This document shows positions 17,426 to 20,000 of a DNA stretch of 20,000 bases, piece after piece; the stretch's first letter is position 1; each line of letters starts with the position of its first letter. The notes beneath the pieces were generated by a model, which searched no databases, was not told the DNA's origin, and worked only from the letters and a program-made list of their open reading frames with translations. A program made the translations under genes and the position numbers. Origin of the DNA: an uncultured virus (IMG/VR IMGVR_UViG_3300020572_000004) (lineage: Duplodnaviria > Heunggongvirae > Uroviricota > Caudoviricetes); IMG/VR virus record IMGVR_UViG_3300020572_000004. One strand, given 5' to 3'.

Positions 17426-17601
17426 CCCTCTCACATGAATCATTAGTAAATTATTTCCAAACTAACTTTGCATTGATGCAGCACCACAAATACTCATTAA
17501 GCGAATTGGATATGATGATACCATGGGAGAGGGAAATATACATTTCACTGCTTGTTTCACACCTTAAAGAAGAAGAACAAAAACGTAAAAATAGCAACTA
17601 A
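17410..17601 (+). CDS. gp51: gp51-like baseplate hub assembly frame with no start codon ahead of its conserved N-terminal motif; probable -1 frameshift extension of gp26 (absent from the ORF track)
   Basis: The frame is open from 17410 (after TAA 17407-17409) to TAA 17599-17601: SFFRLALSHESLVNYFQTNFALMQHHKYSLSELDMMIPWEREIYISLLVSHLKEEEQKRKNSN. SHESL.NY..TNFALMQHHKYSL...MIPWER is the small gp51-type protein of T4-like cyanophages as I recall it. Confidence 0.85.
   Translation, partial: SFFRLALSHESLVNYFQTNFALMQHHKYSLSELDMMIPWEREIYISLLVSHLKEEEQKRKNSN
17413..17419 (+). promoter_or_regulatory. putative -1 ribosomal frameshift slippery heptamer T TTT TTC
   Basis: X XXY YYZ heptamer correctly phased in the gp26 frame (GCT TTT TTC GAT TAG). 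A -1 shift enters the gp51-like frame. Confidence 0.7.
17426..17533 (+). other. long-range RNA stem downstream of the slippery site
   Basis: CCCTCTC-A-CATG-A-ATCATTA (17426-17445) can pair with TGATGAT-AC-CATG-G-GAGAGGG (17513-17533): 7+4+7 bp including one G-U. Confidence 0.65.
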
Positions 17602-17610
17602 ACCATCACA

Positions 17611-19623
17611 ATGGCCAATACAGAAAGTAGTCAATTAGTCGAAGTAATCGCACAACTGAAAAGTTTAAACTTCTCAGGCGATGTTATTATGGACGCGATA
17701 GACAATACCAACCAATTGGTTACTCGCGGTCTTTTAATCAACTCACAAGCCGAAGGCGAACGCGTTGATAATGGTGGTCAGCTGTTAGCGGTTGTCACTA
17801 GTATGCGCCGACTGATATCTGATATCAGTCGCAGCAATAAAGAGTTGTTGGAATTCTTTACCAGCAATGATATGCAGCAAGAAGAAAATCGTCGAGATCT
17901 TCTTGCCGCATTGCGTGCACGCAACGAGCCACCGCCTGACACTGAGAGACGACGCCCGTCACCACGCGCAGGCGAGGCACCATCTGGTTTAGGTGGCATT
18001 CTTGCTTTTGCTGCAGCTTTAATTGGCGGTACTGTTGTAGGATTTGTTACCGAAACGGCTGCGATGTTTAGCGCTCTAATTAAAGACACTGCAATATATC
18101 AAAAAATAAGTTTAGGCATTTCTAAACTCGGAACAGCTATAGCCAAGGCGTTCAACCCTATACGCGCTGCACTAACTTCTTTTTTCAATACCATAAAACT
18201 AGTTGGAGAAAGTGCTGTTGCTTTTGTAAGAGAATCTGCAATCGCCAAATATGTAACAAATACAATTACCAAAATAACCGAAGCCTGGGGCAAATTCACA
18301 GGTGCAGTGCGCGCTGTAGGCGATATGATTCGTCCATTGTTTGGAGCGGCCGATGAAGGCCTGACTATAGGCGGCCGCCTAGCTAAAATGTTTCCAAATA
18401 TTGCGAAATTTTTTACAAGTTTAGGTGGTATACTTAGAGCATTTGTAACAGGCTTTAAAACTGGTGTATCGATAGGTAAAGGAATAGCTCGCATTTTACC
18501 AGCATTATTTGGTGTATTGAAAGTATTAGCTAAGCCGTTAGTTTTTATTACCGCACTATATGAAACGGTAATGGGTGCTATCGAAGGCTACAAACAAGGT
18601 GGCGTACTAGGTGCTGTTAAAGGCGCTATCAGTGGATTGTTAATTGGTCTTGTTGGTGGTATAGCAGACCTCGCAAAGGATATAGTATCATGGGTTGCTA
18701 ACAAATTAGGCTTTCAAAATTTTTCAAAATTACTTGACAGTTTCTCATTCTCACAGCTTCTTAAGGATGGCGTAGATGCAATCTTTGATACAGTCATATA
18801 CGCATTTGACTGGTTTAAATCAATCTTTTCATTTGAAAAATTCTCTAAAGCCTTTGAAAATTTTGGGCTAGCTGGCATATGGGCAACTCTTGTTGGTGGT
18901 ATATTGGATACTCTTAAAGGAGCAGTATCATGGATTGCTACTATGTTTGGAGCGTTTGATCTTGCAGTTGCATTGGATAATTTTTCTTTTACCGATACCC
19001 TCAATAAAGCTTTAGCGTTTGTATTTGATGCGATTGGCAAAGCAATAGACGGCCTCATTGATTGGGTAATGAATATTCCAACTCTTATAACCGAATTGAC
19101 GGCTAAGATGGGCGAGGCCATTAACAATGCTGTAAGCGGTGCTGGTAATCTTGCCGAAGGGTTTGCAAAAAGTGTATTGCGAGATGTATTGCCAGATCCG
19201 GCAGCTGCCGGCGTACTCAATCCAATGACTTGGGTTGCAAAAGCAATACCAGACAGTATCTACGAATATGCTGGTCTTAAAGCAAAAGCAAAGGAAGGCG
19301 AAGCAACTAGCAGCAGTACCATGCCAGCTGCTGATTCGTTAACGGAAGATCAAAAATCACTTAAAGCTAAAGAAGCTGGCTATGAGTCATGGGATGATTA
19401 CAGGTCATCAGGATGGAAATATAAAATGCCAACGGTATCTCCTATAAGCAATACTACCGGTGCCGAACTGATGAATAGCAGCAACAACATATCAGTGTCT
19501 CCTGTGATTGTTAATAATTACGGTGGCAATACAAACAATACAACTCAAAGTTCAGTAAACAACAGCAACAGTTCATATGACCCTATAATGACTGGCAGTG
19601 CTATGGGATTTGCTAGCATATAA
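17611..19623 (+). CDS. tape-measure-like protein (gp29 equivalent)
   Basis: 670 aa, Ala/Gly-rich amphipathic helices with periodic aromatics, an internal repeat and an Asn/Ser-rich C-terminus (SPVIVNNYGGNTNNTTQSSVNNS); follows gp26/gp51. Confidence 0.7.
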   Translation: MANTESSQLVEVIAQLKSLNFSGDVIMDAIDNTNQLVTRGLLINSQAEGERVDNGGQLLAVVTSMRRLISDISRSNKELLEFFTSNDMQQEENRRDLLAALRARNEPPPDTERRRPSPRAGEAPSGLGGILAFAAALIGGTVVGFVTETAAMFSALIKDTAIYQKISLGISKLGTAIAKAFNPIRAALTSFFNTIKLVGESAVAFVRESAIAKYVTNTITKITEAWGKFTGAVRAVGDMIRPLFGAADEGLTIGGRLAKMFPNIAKFFTSLGGILRAFVTGFKTGVSIGKGIARILPALFGVLKVLAKPLVFITALYETVMGAIEGYKQGGVLGAVKGAISGLLIGLVGGIADLAKDIVSWVANKLGFQNFSKLLDSFSFSQLLKDGVDAIFDTVIYAFDWFKSIFSFEKFSKAFENFGLAGIWATLVGGILDTLKGAVSWIATMFGAFDLAVALDNFSFTDTLNKALAFVFDAIGKAIDGLIDWVMNIPTLITELTAKMGEAINNAVSGAGNLAEGFAKSVLRDVLPDPAAAGVLNPMTWVAKAIPDSIYEYAGLKAKAKEGEATSSSTMPAADSLTEDQKSLKAKEAGYESWDDYRSSGWKYKMPTVSPISNTTGAELMNSSNNISVSPVIVNNYGGNTNNTTQSSVNNSNSSYDPIMTGSAMGFASI

Positions 19624-19625
19624 TT

Positions 19626-19925
19626 ATGGGAAAGAGTATTGCAAGAGTTGGTGCTGATTATGCTACAACGCATACGCCGCTTAGTGGCGGTACTCCTCAT
19701 ATCAATTCACCATATGCCGGTAATGGAAATACGGTATACATTGATGGCTATCAAGCTGTAGCAATTGGTGACACTACACTATGCGGAGAAATTGCTATAG
19801 TTGGCAGTGGGAGTGTATTCATAAATGGACGCCCTGCACATTGTAATGGTGATGCACTTGATAGTCACACTGGTACTTTTACTCCTTCTCTATGCGTAGC
19901 AAGTAGCAATGTATATGCAGGCTAG
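19626..19925 (+). CDS. PAAR-repeat spike tip protein (gp5.4-like)
   Basis: SIARVGAD...H, TVYIDGYQAVAIGD...CG, GSGSVFINGRPAHCNGD...H, SSNVYAG: three PAAR-like repeats with His/Cys metal ligands; 99 aa. Confidence 0.88.
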   Translation: MGKSIARVGADYATTHTPLSGGTPHINSPYAGNGNTVYIDGYQAVAIGDTTLCGEIAIVGSGSVFINGRPAHCNGDALDSHTGTFTPSLCVASSNVYAG

Positions 19926-20000
19926 CCGTTGTATATCTCTTCAATCATCCGCTCAAACTTTTCTATTTTGTCCATTCGTTGTGGCCAAAAAATATAGTCC
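19922..20000 (-). CDS. 3' end of a convergent hypothetical protein (partial)
   Basis: Minus-strand frame DYIFWPQRMDKIEKFERMIEEIYNG* ending at 19922. The YIxWPxR motif resembles a small conserved hypothetical protein of T4-like phages. Its stop overlaps the PAAR stop (CTAG). Confidence 0.55.
   Translation of the reverse strand, partial: DYIFWPQRMDKIEKFERMIEEIYNG

Noticed and set aside
17423..17446. TAG recoding (alternative genetic code) as the link between gp26 and gp51
   Set aside because: Reading through the TAG stays in frame 0 (PSHMNH then another TAG) and does not enter the gp51 frame. The long genes in the window are intact under the standard code.
17410..17601. gp51 as a pseudogene or sequencing error
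   Set aside because: The frame is intact with conserved-looking motifs, gp26 ends at its usual FF terminus, and a phased heptamer plus downstream stem explain the missing start. A homopolymer error cannot be fully excluded without reads.
15259..19220. Short minus-strand ORFs (e.g. 17778-18089, 18099-18494, 18714-19220)
   Set aside because: They are antisense to gp4, gp54-like, gp26 and tape-measure genes, with no independent support.
1..20000. Bacterial contractile system (T6SS, eCIS or tailocin) instead of a phage; CRISPR arrays, tRNAs, introns
   Set aside because: gp2, gp4 and TATAAATA late promoters indicate a DNA-packaging T4-like phage. Intergenic gaps are all very short and I saw no repeat-spacer array, tRNA or interrupted gene.

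Overview
The whole window is the baseplate/tail morphogenesis module of a T4-like myovirus, with a gene order resembling marine/freshwater T4-like phages. It is AT-rich and almost fully coding, in two divergent late operons that meet at a 21-bp intergenic region (15080-15100). Leftward on the minus strand: gp48, gp53, a gp27-like hub, gp5 split into an OB-fold+CHAP gene and a beta-helix needle gene, a 658-aa cadherin-like/3D-domain protein, gp25, gp6, gp7, gp8 and a VrlC/DUF4815 protein truncated by the window start. Rightward on the plus strand: gp4, gp2, a gp54/gp19-like tube protein, gp26, an unannotated gp51-like frame, a tape-measure-like protein and a PAAR protein. Main observations: (1) a probable programmed -1 ribosomal frameshift (T TTT TTC, 6-nt spacer, then an ~18-bp long-range stem) fusing gp26 to a start-less gp51-like frame just upstream of the tape measure, i.e. 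a lambda G/GT-type tail-chaperone arrangement in a T4-like phage; (2) a genetically split gp5 in which a CHAP-type cysteine peptidase replaces the T4 lysozyme; (3) an adjacent protein combining Ig/cadherin-like domains with a 3D (MltA-like) domain; (4) TATAAATA late promoters so close to start codons that several mRNAs are probably leaderless or nearly so. All protein assignments come from motif recognition and synteny, not database searches.
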